From NCBI GenBank assembly GCA_951406725.2, contig CATOCA020000002.1, forward strand, positions 1,240,001 through 1,304,000: a stretch of DNA of 64,000 nucleotides, in the 5' to 3' direction. The stretch is from Octopus vulgaris (lineage: Eukaryota). Shown piece after piece: positions 1-12,749 of this stretch. The position numbers and the translations under genes are program-made. A model generated the notes under the pieces. It saw only the letters and a program-made list of their open reading frames with translations, was not told where the DNA came from and did not search any database. The first letter of the stretch is position 1; each line of letters starts with the position of its first letter.

Positions 1-708
1 CACTGTCTTGGAGCCACTGCTATTCATAGTGGCCCTTTCAGACATGCCCTCAGTTGCTAAGATGGCCACCCTTGCTAGCTATGCAGATGACACAAAAGTC
101 TCCCACACAATACAAAAACCTGGAAATATTGCACATCCGCAACAGTAGTTGGATAAAAAATACAGGTGGGCTGAGGACAACAACATGCAGTTTAATGCAG
201 GTAAGTTCCAGGCCCTGCGCTACTGGCACACAAAGGTAAACGACATGCAGACTGGATACACTGGCCTGGGAAGAATTGCAATCTCTGAGTCAAAATCAGT
301 GCGTGACCTGGGCATTGATATGAGCTATGATGCATCTTTCCAAGTGCATATTACTAATCTGGTGATAAAATGCTTGGACTACTGCTCCCAACTATGGTCA
401 CCACACAATATAAAACTAACATCAGAACTCGAAGCAATTCAAAGAAGCTACACAAAGAAGATTGTCTCAATGCAAAATATCACCTACTGGGAAAGACTGA
501 AAGTATTAAAACTCTTCTCCCTAGAGCGAAGGCGGGAGAGATATGCGGTGATATACATCTGGAAAATCCTGGAGGGTCTTGTCCCAAACTTTGGCATTCA
601 AAGTTACCCCAACTGCAGAACAGGGCGCCACTGCATGGTGCCAAAGATTCCAACATCACCATTAAAATACAGGACCAGATACTGCAACAGTTTGGGTTTC
701 AGAGGACC
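1..708 (+). mobile_element. CR1/L2-group LINE, RT 3' fragment (degenerate, internally deleted)
   Basis: LGPLLF..., YADDTK, DYCSQLWSP, LFSLERRRER motifs, with frameshifts. Confidence 0.85.
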
Positions 709-1460
709 ATAGCTAATTACAGACCCATAGCATGCCTCCCATTGACAACGAAGCTGCTCACTGGAATAATCAGTGATGAAATGTATACATATCTCAAGGA
801 TAACAGAATTCTAGTGGTTGAGCAGAAGGGCTGTAAACAGAACTGCAGGGAATATAAAGACTAGCAGCCAAGAGATAAAATGGCGATGAAAGAAATTTAG
901 CAATAACCTAGACAGATTACACAAGGCCTATGACATGATACCACATCAATGGATCATTGCATATTTGAATATGCTTTGGATTGCAAAGAATGTCAAGAGT
1001 TTTTTGAGAAAAGGCATTTTAAATTAGAAGACTAAGCTCATATCTTAAGAACAGAACCTAGAAACAAAGAATCGAGAGGAATTTTTCCAAGAGACAGCAG
1101 GTTTTCTTTACTGTTTGTTTTATGTGTGATTCCTTTAACATTGCTACTCAGCAGCTGAGTTTGTGTCAATCTCATCTATGGCGAGTGTGATATCATCATC
1201 TTCAATGTTGATGTACTTAATTTTTGCCTCTTTGGCCACAGTTAAAGTGGCAAAGAATTCTTCTGGGTTGTTTAGTTGCTTGTGTCTTAGAGGTGTAGTG
1301 AACATCTGGATATCAGTTTAAAGGAAAATGTTAATAGATCAACCAGCTATTAGTTACGAATGATGTCAAGCTGTATGGTAAAGAGGAAGCTCAAATCAAT
1401 TCTTTAGTGAACACAATCTATTGCAAGGACATCGAACTGGAATCTGACCTAAAAAATGTC
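709..1460 (+). mobile_element. R4/Dong-like non-LTR RT fragment (degenerate, interrupted)
   Basis: NYRPIACLP..KLLTGII, EQKGC, KAYDMIPHQWI and later DVKLYGK. Confidence 0.65.
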
Positions 1461-1467
1461 GAGTAAT

Positions 1468-1775
1468 ACAAGGTGCATTTTAGAAGTTTTTAAATGTATT
1501 CAGGAGAGACATTTATTAATTTCAGAGAAATACTAAACTCTAATCCTCTTCAAAGCAGGATCCTCTGACTTCAGTGCACTTGCAGTGCTCCAGCCACATC
1601 ATTAGCGTCCTCCAAAGTGAAGGTGTCCACAACCCTTGTCACAGCCTTCTTCATCTTTTCAATGTCTGTAAAACAACTGCTTCTGAGGATCTCCTTCAGC
1701 TTGGGGAACAACCAAAACTCACAGGGAACAAGATCTGAACTGTAGAGAGAGTGAGGGACAATGTCAGAGGGAAGA
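1468..1775 (-). mobile_element. mariner transposase C-terminal relic
   Basis: Minus strand reads VPHSLYSSDLVPCEFWLFPKLK (YSPDLAP-type motif). Confidence 0.7.
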
Positions 1776-1838
1776 TTCAGTCAGTGAATGGTATGCTTAG
1801 TCAATGATGACTTGTGGTTAAACAACTATGGTACATAC

Positions 1839-2013
1839 CTTTCTCTTGAAATTTTCCTCCAGAAACAAGTTTGAAAGATTTGAAAACAGCTCCTTCTTGA
1901 TCTATGGAAGTGGAATGTGGTGGCATTGAACCAGGAGTGATGCCTCCTATGTCAGCGTGGTGTCCTCGGCTAGCAACATAGAAGACAGGTTGGCTTTCAT
2001 CAGGGTAGAACAC
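1839..2013 (-). CDS. OPLAH: 5-oxoprolinase internal exon (8th)
   Basis: cag|GTG TTC TAC...GAG AAA G|gtatgt; [34 protein letters not shown]...[12 protein letters not shown]; 175 nt. Confidence 0.97.
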
Positions 2014-3254
2014 CTGAAGTTAATACAATGATTGAATTAAGATGTAGTATAGTGTAGGCCTCAGAGAGTATGGATGTGACACTGCATTGTTAGCAGGATA
2101 CAAGACCTAAGGTTTTGGTTGACTATAAAGTAGCAGACTGTATAGGTTTCTATCTCAATTAGCTGATGAACAATTATATAAAAAGCTGATAATACAAAAC
2201 TTTTAGGTACAGTTATATAATCCTATTTACAAGCCAAACATATCTGACACTACATATTTCTAACAAATGGTTGCTATTGAGTACTTCTATGCTTTTCAAT
2301 CATAAAATAAATGATGATAATATATGTTTGTTCAAAACTGATGATATATTCTGTCACTACACAGTTTCTCACTTGATGTGATCTTTCAGAAGACATTGCA
2401 TAAAAGATCACCAGCTCTGAACAAATAAAACTCTTCAACATTCAGTACTTTTTCTCTTGTTTGTTAAGCCAAAAATGCATGCACAGGATTGGACAGCTAA
2501 ATTGAGACTGCTTTCAAAATATATCTCTTAAATATATCATGAATTAAGAGCTAATATTTTACATGTAATTATATCAACTTTAGATTTTGTTACAGATTGT
2601 ACGAACATTAGGGAATCAATAGAATGAAACATTATTGATGAAATGAGATGCACCAGACACAGTCCTCATTATATCATTGGTGGTAAAGCATACCATACTC
2701 TGATTAAAGTTAAGGCTATAGGAGAGGTTCTCTTCTTACAACACCTGCAATAAGTGCAGACATATTTTCACCTTTTAGACTGGTTAAAAATTATTTATTG
2801 TATCAAATCCACTCACTAGCATGACTGAAACTGGGCCCCACCCCTTAACAAAGGTAAAAAAAGTGGTGTTAGGAGGACAATAGCTAGGGTCATTAAATTT
2901 GACTTAAGTATAAATTCATATGGTCACAGGCATCAAAGCATTCCAACAACCCATTCTAAAGCAATCATGGCTGAGAGAGCCCTAAAGAATCTCAATTATC
3001 TAAAGCTCATGGGAAAGAAAGTGAGAGTTTTTGGCATCCAAAAGAAATTCATAGTTTATCAATTGTCACAAACTCAGGGTTATTGAATTTGATCCTTCTG
3101 ATGCTTCTATCTTTACATTTATCTTAGTAACAGGCTTCGAAACTTTTTAACATAAACAGTCTCAATTTAATTGTCTGACTACAAGTGTTTGCATGGATTT
3201 GCTTGGCTAAACTCTTCCAGGCAAGCCTTAACATAGCATCCAATGACTGAAACA

Positions 3255-3256
<2 letters not shown>

Positions 3257-3308
<52 letters not shown>
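3257..3308. repeat. (TA)n microsatellite (others at 4340-4400, 8699-8744, 25184-25220, 44192-44224)
   Basis: Direct reading. Confidence 0.95.
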
Positions 3309-3319
<11 letters not shown>

Positions 3320-3484
3320 TATGAACACATGAGTTATTAGTGAGGGATTATCAATCCTGGCAAAATACTTCATAAGCTTTCTTTTGGTACACCAGGCTAA
3401 CAATATTGTTTAGCTTACTTAAGAACTCTAAATATTCTTATGGCAGGGTCTGAGGATATAGCTCATCACCATTCTATAATGATT

Positions 3485-3737
3485 ATTACATATTTTTCCT
3501 TTATTGGAGTAAATTTGGCTTACAGCTGTTTCCAGTAGTCTTTATAGGTTCATTACTGATAAGTTAATGCTACTTTTATCAGGCTCTGACAAAAGTAACA
3601 TGAATTTATTAGGTTGTTCAACTTTTCTTAACTGATCAATAGACCAATTAAATAAGCCTATCAGTAGTGAACCTATAATGACTACTGGAAACAGCTGTAA
3701 GCCAAATTTACTCCAATAAAGGAAAAATATGTAATAA
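3485..3737. repeat. near-perfect inverted repeat (~80-bp arms), PLE pseudo-LTR-like, with hammerhead-like motifs
   Basis: 3485-3540 is the reverse complement of 3680-3735; GAAACAGCTGTA present on both strands. Confidence 0.85.
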
Positions 3738-3795
3738 CTATTATTTATACCTTGTCTTTATATACATATATATACACACACACACACATATGCAT

Positions 3796-3833
<38 letters not shown>

Positions 3834-4003
3834 GCATGCACACCACTTGTTGGGCTCACTAGCACTATTACTATCTCCCTTTCATTCAACCTTTTTTTAT
3901 ATTATTTCTCTTTCTTTCAACCTCTTTTTTTCCAATTATTCCCCATGTTGGACTGCTGAACTCTACCCATTTTCTCATTATAAATCTGTTTGTTTCCTCT
4001 TAT

Positions 4004-4320
4004 TCTTTTCTGTTGAAAAGCATAGGCTCGAAATGTAAAAGAACATTTTCATTTTTTTTTAGCATCAAACTAATACACTTGCTTGTTGTTCATACACCTG
4101 TCTTCGTCTTTGCTTTTCTATAAATTTCAACTATATATAAATATTTTCTCTCCCATTTTATTTTCTCACCCTGTTGATTTCTGTGTTTCTTTCTGTCAAA
4201 GAGCATAGGCTCGAAACATAAAAGACTTTCTCACCTCCCAAGCATTAAACTGATACATTTGTTTGTTGTTTACACACCCGTCTTTGTCTTTTGTTTTTTT
4301 GTAAATTCTCACTATATATA
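4004..4320 (+). repeat. two tandem ~185-bp units, each starting with a degenerate minimal hammerhead motif
   Basis: tcttt-ctgttga-aaagc-atag-gctc-gaaa-tgta-aaaga at 4004 and a similar motif at 4188, followed by shared downstream sequence. Confidence 0.65.
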
Positions 4321-4321
4321 T

Positions 4322-4401
<80 letters not shown>

Positions 4402-4405
<4 letters not shown>

Positions 4406-6150
4406 AGAAAATAGAAGGAAACTAATTTCCTATACAGAATAATAAGTTAGCACTCAGTAAATAGAGATAAGAGAATATAGATTAATGTAACTTTCGAGAT
4501 ATTGACAACCAAAAATCAGATTATTTTTCTCAATGTATTTTTCGAAAGACGCAATTCATCATATAAAAATATATAATATATAAATACAAAAAATATATAT
4601 AAAAAATTTATAAATATATATATTCGAATGACATTGCCTGAAGTTGTAAATCTGTTCTAAAACATAAAAAGGCTGAAGGTTAAATGTACACAATCAATGC
4701 AATGCATAATTCAAAACATTAAAAAGATGTATGGGTAGCTCAAAAAAGTAAAATGTCCAGAGATCAAATTCATACGCATCCTTCAGCTGTTTTGGGAAAG
4801 GTATTTCAGAACTATTTGTACCCATCTCAAATATATACATTTCTTTCATCAGGGATTATTTGAAAAGTTTAAAGAATTATTTAAGAGATTTTAAATGACT
4901 TTATACTTGGACCAGGTATCCTATGCGATAAAAATTTGTTCAGATAACTGAAACAAAATTCTAAAATGAGGGTTAAATATACTACACATCTTACAGAAAA
5001 CAATGCTTTTACGACTATTCTAAAACATATTGGGGATGAAAGGTCAGAATTTAGATTTCAATTATTAACATGAGCTGGCTATATGTTAATGATAAAAAAA
5101 TTTTTAAGTTGAAAAATACATATGTTTACAGAATATTAAAGCATCCGAAATATTATTTAATGATATTTTTCTACTTGTATGAAGTATATTAATGGAATCT
5201 TTAGTGCATAATCTGCACATTCTAGTGTGTGTGTGTTATATGGGGGTAGTTCGAAGTGGTGTCTATAAGAATATCTAATCTTTCAGCTAATGAAAAAATT
5301 TTCAATAATCACGCATCATTATTATAACACAGTCCTCAAGAATAGTGGTTTCCATGAGAAAATTTATTATATAAGAAATACAATATTTAAAAGTAAACTA
5401 GGTAAAACTCTTTCCAGACTTAACTAAATTAAAAATTGACATCTCATCAGTAAATGAGCCTGTTGAACAACAGATTCCCCATGTACATAGGAGATATTAT
5501 CAACCTTTTAGTTATAACTTTACAATAAATTCAGTAAGAAATAGGTAGGTCAGGAATAACCCCACTAAAAAATGGGAAATAACTTGGCTCACCCCACCTT
5601 TTTCCCTTTGAGTTAAGAATCTCCCGGAATTATTCTTTAAGATCATTGAAAAAAACTTACCTCTGGATCATAAATATCACCTCATCTTTAACAAATCTAC
5701 TTTAAAATTGTCATATCCAACGTCACCTAATTTAGGCTTCACCAGAGCTGTTAATAATAGATTTAAACTTAAAAAGAATACTCGGGAAAGGGAATTCATG
5801 GAACGCAATCAAGAGAGTAGTAATCTGAATTCCATGAAAAAAACTTGTAACTGCTGATCCCCAGAATTCTACCTGTTAAAAGGGTCCTGTTTGAGAAAAA
5901 CAGTTTACAGGCGCGAAGTAAGTACCTCAAAAGAATCCAAGAAAATCTATATGGGGATCACAATAGACTTTAAAACTAGATATAGGAGGCTTAAAAATTC
6001 ATTTACAAACCTGAGCATGAAAAATTCGACAGCACTAGCCAGACACATAGATAATTTAAAAGTACAAAATAAACAATTTAAACTAGATTGATCAATAATT
6101 ACTCAAGCCACCTTATAACACACACTAGAATGTGTAATTATGCACTAAAG
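4402..6150 (+). mobile_element. Penelope-like element relic (inverted pLTR then linker/GIY-YIG region)
   Basis: WLTPPF, HKYHLIFNKSTLKLSY, CNC...VYR...IYMGIT..FKTRY; antisense CTGATGA hammerhead remnant at 4778-4856. Confidence 0.75.
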
Positions 6151-6213
6151 AATCCAGAGAGAGAGAGAGAGTGTGTGTGTGTGTGGAAGCAGGTGTGAAC
6201 GATGATGGCTTAC

Positions 6214-6315
6214 CGGAGTGATAACTGTTAGATCTGGCAAATGACTGCCACCTGCCTGAGGGTGGTTGCTAAGGAGCACATCTCCTGGATGAAGATTATC
6301 TTTGAAAGCCTTCAT
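6214..6315 (-). CDS. OPLAH: 5-oxoprolinase internal exon (7th)
   Basis: tag|ATG AAG...ACT CCG|gtaagc; [34 protein letters not shown]; 102 nt. Confidence 0.96.
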
Positions 6316-6869
6316 CTATAAAAGATATTAAAAATCTTGTTATAGTTGCTGTAGGTATACACATTTAGTGATTTTATTACTTACTGCTACTGATAGATGA
6401 GTCTCACTTTTTTGCAGTCCAGGATGGCTCTTCATATTGAACAGGTGTTCTCAATAGTTGACAACTATTGTCATATATCAGTAGTTTGGAAAACTACTTT
6501 GTTAACATATGCAAATAAGGTGAGATTAAGGGAGTGCTTAGTGAGAGAGGGGGAGCATGCAGATGAAAGTGAGTGCTCATGAGAGAGAACATGCTAGAGA
6601 GAACATGCTAGAGAGAAAGAGCGAGAGGGAGAGAAAGAGAGAGGAGAAAGAGTGAGGGAGAGAGAAAAAGTGAGGGGGAAAGAAAGACAGAGAAGTACAT
6701 ATGTGAGTGGGCATATTAGCATGTAAAAATGAAAGTGAATGATAAAGAGAGGACAATTTTTTAATGCAAATTTCCAAACTTGTGAAAAGCAGTTCTGATC
6801 ACAGAATCATGCAGGTAAAATATCACTAAACATGTTCAAAGGTGTATTGTAAAGAATTGCGTTGCTTAC

Positions 6870-6980
6870 TTGATACTGGACTGTTTCCTGCATGGCTCCT
6901 AAATGAACTGGAATGTGTGGGGCATTAGAAACCAACCCGCCATCAGGACCAAACAAAGCACAGGAGAAATCCAAGCGCTC
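6870..6980 (-). CDS. OPLAH: 5-oxoprolinase internal exon (6th)
   Basis: cag|GAG CGC...TAT CAA|gtaagc; [37 protein letters not shown]; 111 nt. Confidence 0.97.
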
Positions 6981-7812
6981 CTGAAGCAGAAACATTTATG
7001 CACACATAAAGTGTAAAATAACAATTAAATATGTATATAGCATGAAAACATTATTTACTGTCACTGCAAACAAATTTTGGGGTTATAAATTGTGAGTTCA
7101 GCTGGATTGAATGTGTTGCATAGTCATTGCATCACCAAAGAAACCTATCACATTATAGATATTGGAGAACTAAGATGCTGTCATGAAAGGTTTTCAAGAA
7201 AAGACAGGACTTTGATTTCTGAATTTCAACTTTAAAATTAGAATTCAAAACAATCTTTTATAGGACCACAAGGGTATTTAGGGCCAGATTGTAAATGCCT
7301 TACCATATGTGGTGGGCTGTTAAAAGCCAGTGCTTCTCTTCATTTTCATGATATTAAGCAGATGAAGCACATCACATCTCTCAGATATTATGAAGGCTAG
7401 CTAAACTTGTACTTGTTTAGCCTAAGGTCAGCTCTGAAGGAGCAGAAAGTATTCTAGCAGTGACCATTCCATTTTTGCCTAGAGTCAAATTATCCAATGT
7501 GTCCATATTTTAAGATGGCATGGTGTGATTTAAGGAAGGCATGGCTATTTCTTGCAGGTAGAGCAACTACATAGAGGCTCCAATATTAGCCAGATGACTA
7601 AATATTCATTTTTGACAACTAGGTTAACTGAGGTAGTGTAGGTTACAAATCTAAGATCTTAACTTGATTTAATTTAACTGATTCTACCTCTTGCATCATA
7701 TTCCCTTAATATTCTCTCATAGAGAAGACAAGAACTTTCAATACATATAAATGGTTGGTACATACTGATACTCTAAAACAATCAAAAATATTTAAAAAGA
7801 AATTATAGAGAC

Positions 7813-7849
7813 CTTGATATTAGTGGAAATTGCTGTTCGTTGTAAAACT
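7813..7849 (-). CDS. OPLAH: 5-oxoprolinase 37-nt micro-exon (5th)
   Basis: tag|A GTT TTA CAA CGA ACA GCA ATT TCC ACT AAT ATC AAG|gtctct; (R)VLQRTAISTNIK exactly fills the gap between EQMG and ERLDFSCA. Confidence 0.92.
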
Positions 7850-8400
7850 CTATAAGAGGAAAGAAAACATAATTTTTAATGACATGAGCAGTACAAAGTA
7901 ATCATTAATAATTTTTTACATAGCAGAAGGCCTTAAATATACAAAGGAAGTGAGAAGGGATATAGTCAATTGATACAACCACTGTATGTACATGATTAAG
8001 ACATATTTATTGACCTTGAGCAGAAGAAAACCAAAGTTGGTAAGAAAGTAGAGGGCTGCAGCTAAAATACAGCATAACATTTAGTTTGGTGATCTTCTGT
8101 TTCTGCCAATACTTGATACAATAATTTCTTATCAAATGACATATTTTGTAGAAAGGAGGACAGATGTACTTGGTTAAAACAAGACTAGTATATTTCTGTT
8201 CCTTATTGAATCAATCCAGAAAGGATGAAACTGAACAATGATACATATAATCCTACTGTCTAAAATCTTAGCCACATCTAACACCTTATACCATGCATAA
8301 TATTCACAACTGGTCTGATGATTAGGAATCAATAAGAAAATCATAGTAGTTTATGAGGTAATTACTAATATTTGGAATGTAAATAATATTAAACATTTCC

Positions 8401-8610
8401 CAATCACATGGTTGCAGGTTCAGTCCCACTGCATAGCACCTTGAGCAAACGTCCTCTGCTATAGCCTTGGGCCAACCAAAGCCCTGTGAGTGGATTTGGT
8501 AGATGCAAAGTGAAAGAAACCCGTCATGTGTGTGTATATGAGTGCGTGTATTTCTTGAAGGCAGTGCCCCAGCATGGCCACAGTCTAATAACTGAAACAA
8601 GTAAAAGATA
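8401..8610 (+). mobile_element. tRNA-derived SINE fragment
   Basis: Similar to 60063-60448 (GGTTCAGTCCCACTGC...ACCTTG.GCAA; ACTGAAACAAGTAAAAGA end). Confidence 0.7.
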
Positions 8611-8694
8611 AAATATATACTGGTTTTATTTTTAAAGCTAATGATTATTTTGTGTTTGTGTGTGTTTGTGTGTGTGTGCATGCATGTGTGTGTG

Positions 8695-8747
<53 letters not shown>

Positions 8748-8782
8748 TTTTATTTGTTTCAGTCATTTGACTGAGGCCTATA

Positions 8783-10000
8783 TACATCAGGTTGGAAAGA
8801 ATGTCCTATTGCACTTTTGACACGATCACTTTGAGGGTACTTTTTCAATATTTGTAATAAAATAAGCATTAATCCCTTACATTCTAGTATGTGTTTTCTT
8901 TCTTTGCAGATTACTTTAGACAATAATGGTTCAATTCATATTGATTTTACCCTTTTAAAATGAAAGCAATATCAGACACTGCATGCTGTATGAAGTCAAA
9001 AGAGGCTCTTAAGCAATGGAAGTGGCAAGAAACATTCGTTCTATGGAAATTAAGCTTTAAATGTCCAGATATGTCAACAATGGTTTGGCTAGTTTTGCTT
9101 GGGAAATTTTTCTCTTATAAATTCTTGATCTAGAAACCAAGTTCTGTAAATACTGAATTTCTGAAAACCATATTTGAGGAAATATCCAAAACAAACTGCA
9201 TAAGAATTAACAAAACAGTTCAACTCAAGATGCATGTCAATCACAAAATACCTTCATTAACTAGGAAGTGTTTAAACTACGTCAGTGGGTCCCTCTTCGT
9301 CTGACTACTTCGCAGCTTAATCAAAGAATTGCTTTCTACTTATCAAAAATTTGTTACTGAACCTTCCCTTTTCATCAAAATTGATGAAAAGTGGATTGTC
9401 TATAATCATATACAAAAAAAAAGGATAATATTTAGCACCCTATGGAAAAGGAGAATCCATCACCAAACCAGGACTACATTTGAAAAAGTTATACTTTCTA
9501 TAAGGAGGGATATGGGAGATGTCATCTGTCATGAAGTGATATATCAAAAGATCTATAAAAATACATAAAAGTTAATAAAGAGAAATATTGCTTAAAAATT
9601 TCCAGAAAAAGCACCTATCATCGGTCAGTTGAAAAGGGCTGTTGCTCTTACATAATAATGCAAGACCATATATTGCCCAAGTCACTCAAAAAAAGATTAT
9701 AACACTAAATAAGTTTTGCCTCATCCTCCTTATCTTGCTCCATCTGAAAATTATCTTCTCAGACAATTATGCTATCATTCAGAGGTAAAACAATTTATTA
9801 ATTGCTAAGTTAAAAATTGTATTGAATGTTTCTTTACTTGGCAACCTGAAGAATTTTATGCCCAGGAGATCAACAATTTGCCCAGTAGATGTTATCAAGA
9901 ATGAGAGGAAATATCTTGATTAACTATATCAATTAAGACCAAAGAAATATCTGTTTCTTTCCAGTCTTGAAATGTGACAGGAGTTTCTTTATAGTCTAAT
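8783..10000 (+). mobile_element. degenerate mariner DNA transposon
   Basis: DEKWIVY, HNNARP (HDNARPH-like) and HPPY..LAPS motifs in order; decayed terminal inverted repeats. Confidence 0.8.
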
Positions 10001-10699
10001 ATATATAAAGTGGTAAAATTGAAGTCTCTTAAGTGTGCTGTATAAAATGCTTTGCAGTATGCACTCTGGGCTCAAACATTGCCAAGGTCAACTTTGCCTT
10101 TTATTGTTCCAGAATTGATGAATTTTGTATAAATCAAATATTTGTGTCAATTTTTCATTCTCTCTCAGTTGACTATGTTGCACTAGGAGAAGTGCTATGG
10201 GAAACTGCTCACAGCAAATCCTTTTGTCCAGAAATAAAGATGGATTAGCAAAGGGCCAACAACTTTTCATAGAAAAACTGATATATTCTACTGGAATCAT
10301 CAATGGTAGGATCAATGTGCAATCCGTGGATAGAGACATCAAGTGGTTAAGAAGTTCATTTGCAATCATAAGGTCTTAGGTTCAATCCCATTTTGTCGCA
10401 TCTTAAGTAAGTGACTTGTACCATAGTCTTGGGTTGACCCAAGTTTGTGAGTTGAAATTGTGGAAGACTATAGAATGGATTCTACCTTATGTTGATTCTG
10501 TTTCAGGATTACATTAAGAGTACAAGAGTCTAAGGAATACTCAGCCACTTACATTTATAACTCAATGAGTAGATAGGTCAGGTGACTGAACAACTGGAAA
10601 AATCAGCCTCAAAACTGACAGAGATCTCTATCACTACAAAGAGTTATAAGAATATTCTCTATAAAACATTTCTCAACTACAACCATACACAGTTATAAC

Positions 10700-11640
10700 A
10701 ATACTTTCTAAAAAACATTTCCCAGTCAACACACATAGTTATAATAATACTACCCTTCTTAGACATTTTGATTATCAAGAATGACATGAAATAGAAACTG
10801 ACAACTACTACAAAACAACAGACTCTAAACAGTACCTACTATTTTCTTCATGCCACGCAAAACATACTAAATCCAATATTTCATTTAACCTAGCTAGAAG
10901 AATCAGAACAATTGTCTCCAATACAGATATTCAGAATAAAAGACTCCTTGAATTAAAACATGCACTGAAAGAAAATACCTATCTACTCTAATAGAGAATG
11001 GAATAGAACACACCAAAGCAATAGATATTGACAAATTAAGAAAAGCCAAAAACAGTTCAGATACATCCACACATAGAAACATTCAGTGATCCATCAGAAT
11101 ATACCATTATTGAGCCAAGACCCAAGAAAGAAAAAGGCACTTGAATCATACAAAATAATCAAATGCAAAAGACAACCAAAGTCCCACCAAATAAAAACTA
11201 TTTACCAATGTGAAACAACCAACTACAGACTCAACTCGCACAGTTAAAAAGTGTGGCCAATCCAATTATGGAAATTGTGAGAACCTTACTGGAGATACAA
11301 CTTACAAATTTTGAGCAGGACATGCATTTACTGGGGAAAACCATTGTATTTGTTCTTCAAAAAATTTAATTTATGCCATCAAATGCTATGGATGTAGGGA
11401 AGGCTACATTGGACAGCTTAAACTCACTTTAAGAATGAGATTAAATATTCATTGTCAACAAATACATTATCCCAAAACACGACAAATTCTACTTATTGCA
11501 CATATGTGCAGATATTCACTAACAAAATCTCTTCTTGTCTTTCCACTTTCAATAGGCAGATAATACTCTAGACCAAGCAAGAATTAATAAGGAAAGTTTG
11601 TTTATTAAAAAATACAAACCACCTCTGAACAGTATATAAA
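10700..11640 (+). mobile_element. Penelope-like element relic (RT thumb + GIY-YIG)
   Basis: YKTTDSKQYLLFSSCHAKHTKSNISFNLARRI; CSSKNLIYAIKC..C...YIGQ. Confidence 0.8.
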
Positions 11641-12402
11641 AATCATCAGTAATACATGATTCTCCTTTCCCTATCAATTAATTATTGAAGAATGTCTGCT
11701 TGGACTCCTTTTTAAGAAAACCAAAATTCATATAGCAGCTATCATCTACCTTATTTACTCCACACTTCATTATCTTACTTAACTCACACTTTGTCAATAG
11801 AGAAGAGATATGTTTTAACATGTTCAAAGGGTAGGAACTATCACTAATTGATAACATTATTCTTTGACAGAATAATAAACAATAATTACATATAACATTT
11901 ATGTAAACAATTATATATGTGTGTATTATATATACATATATTGGGGATGGTTGGGGATGGTTATATTTTGCCAATTAAACACACACACCATATATCAGAT
12001 CTTTATTTCAGCTTTATAATTATTATTATTGTCTGTTTGTTAAAGCTTTTTCGTTAGGTTTGGGATAAAGAGTTGCTGAAGAGGTCACAGTATGTGTAAC
12101 AAAAAAGCTTTGACAAAGAAACAAGAATAATAATAATAAAGACCAAACATATGGTGTGTGTATTTAGTTGGCAAAATATGACCGTATCCAAATAGAACAA
12201 TTTCTGTTTCAACACACAAGAATCTTGCAAAACAAATACACACACACACATAGTTTTTACACTATTTATATATAATCATAGACTGGCAATTCAGTCCATT
12301 TCCAATTTGATTCAGTAGTTGGGTACACTCAATTAATGGTGATGTCTATTGTCAACCAGAAACACTGAAGAAAGGAAAAAGAAAAAGTGAAAGCAAAATT
12401 AC

Positions 12403-12503
12403 CTTCCCATTTGTTCAGCAATGCTCATGAATCGATGAGAGAATATTGACAATTGGATGGCATCTAACTGGGTACTAACTGCTTTACTCTTACAAGAACC
12501 AAT
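12403..12503 (-). CDS. OPLAH: 5-oxoprolinase internal exon (4th; start of hydantoinase B half)
   Basis: tag|ATT GGT...ATG GGA AG|gtaatt; [33 protein letters not shown]; 101 nt. Confidence 0.95.
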
Positions 12504-12749
12504 CTAAAAGAGAAAAAGAATATGGTTGTATGGTTAACAATTTCATTTGTCAGCCAAGTGGTTTTAGGTTGTTCTACAGTGCAGCACCTTGTGCAGTTGT
12601 CTTCTGCTATATCTCAGGCTAACCATTGTGCCAAACAAATTTGATAGGCAGAAACTGTACAAAGCTTGTTGTCTATCTATCTATCTATCTTGTGCAATCT
12701 AATCTGTGCATATGTGTATGTGTGTGTATATGTGTATGCATACATGAAT

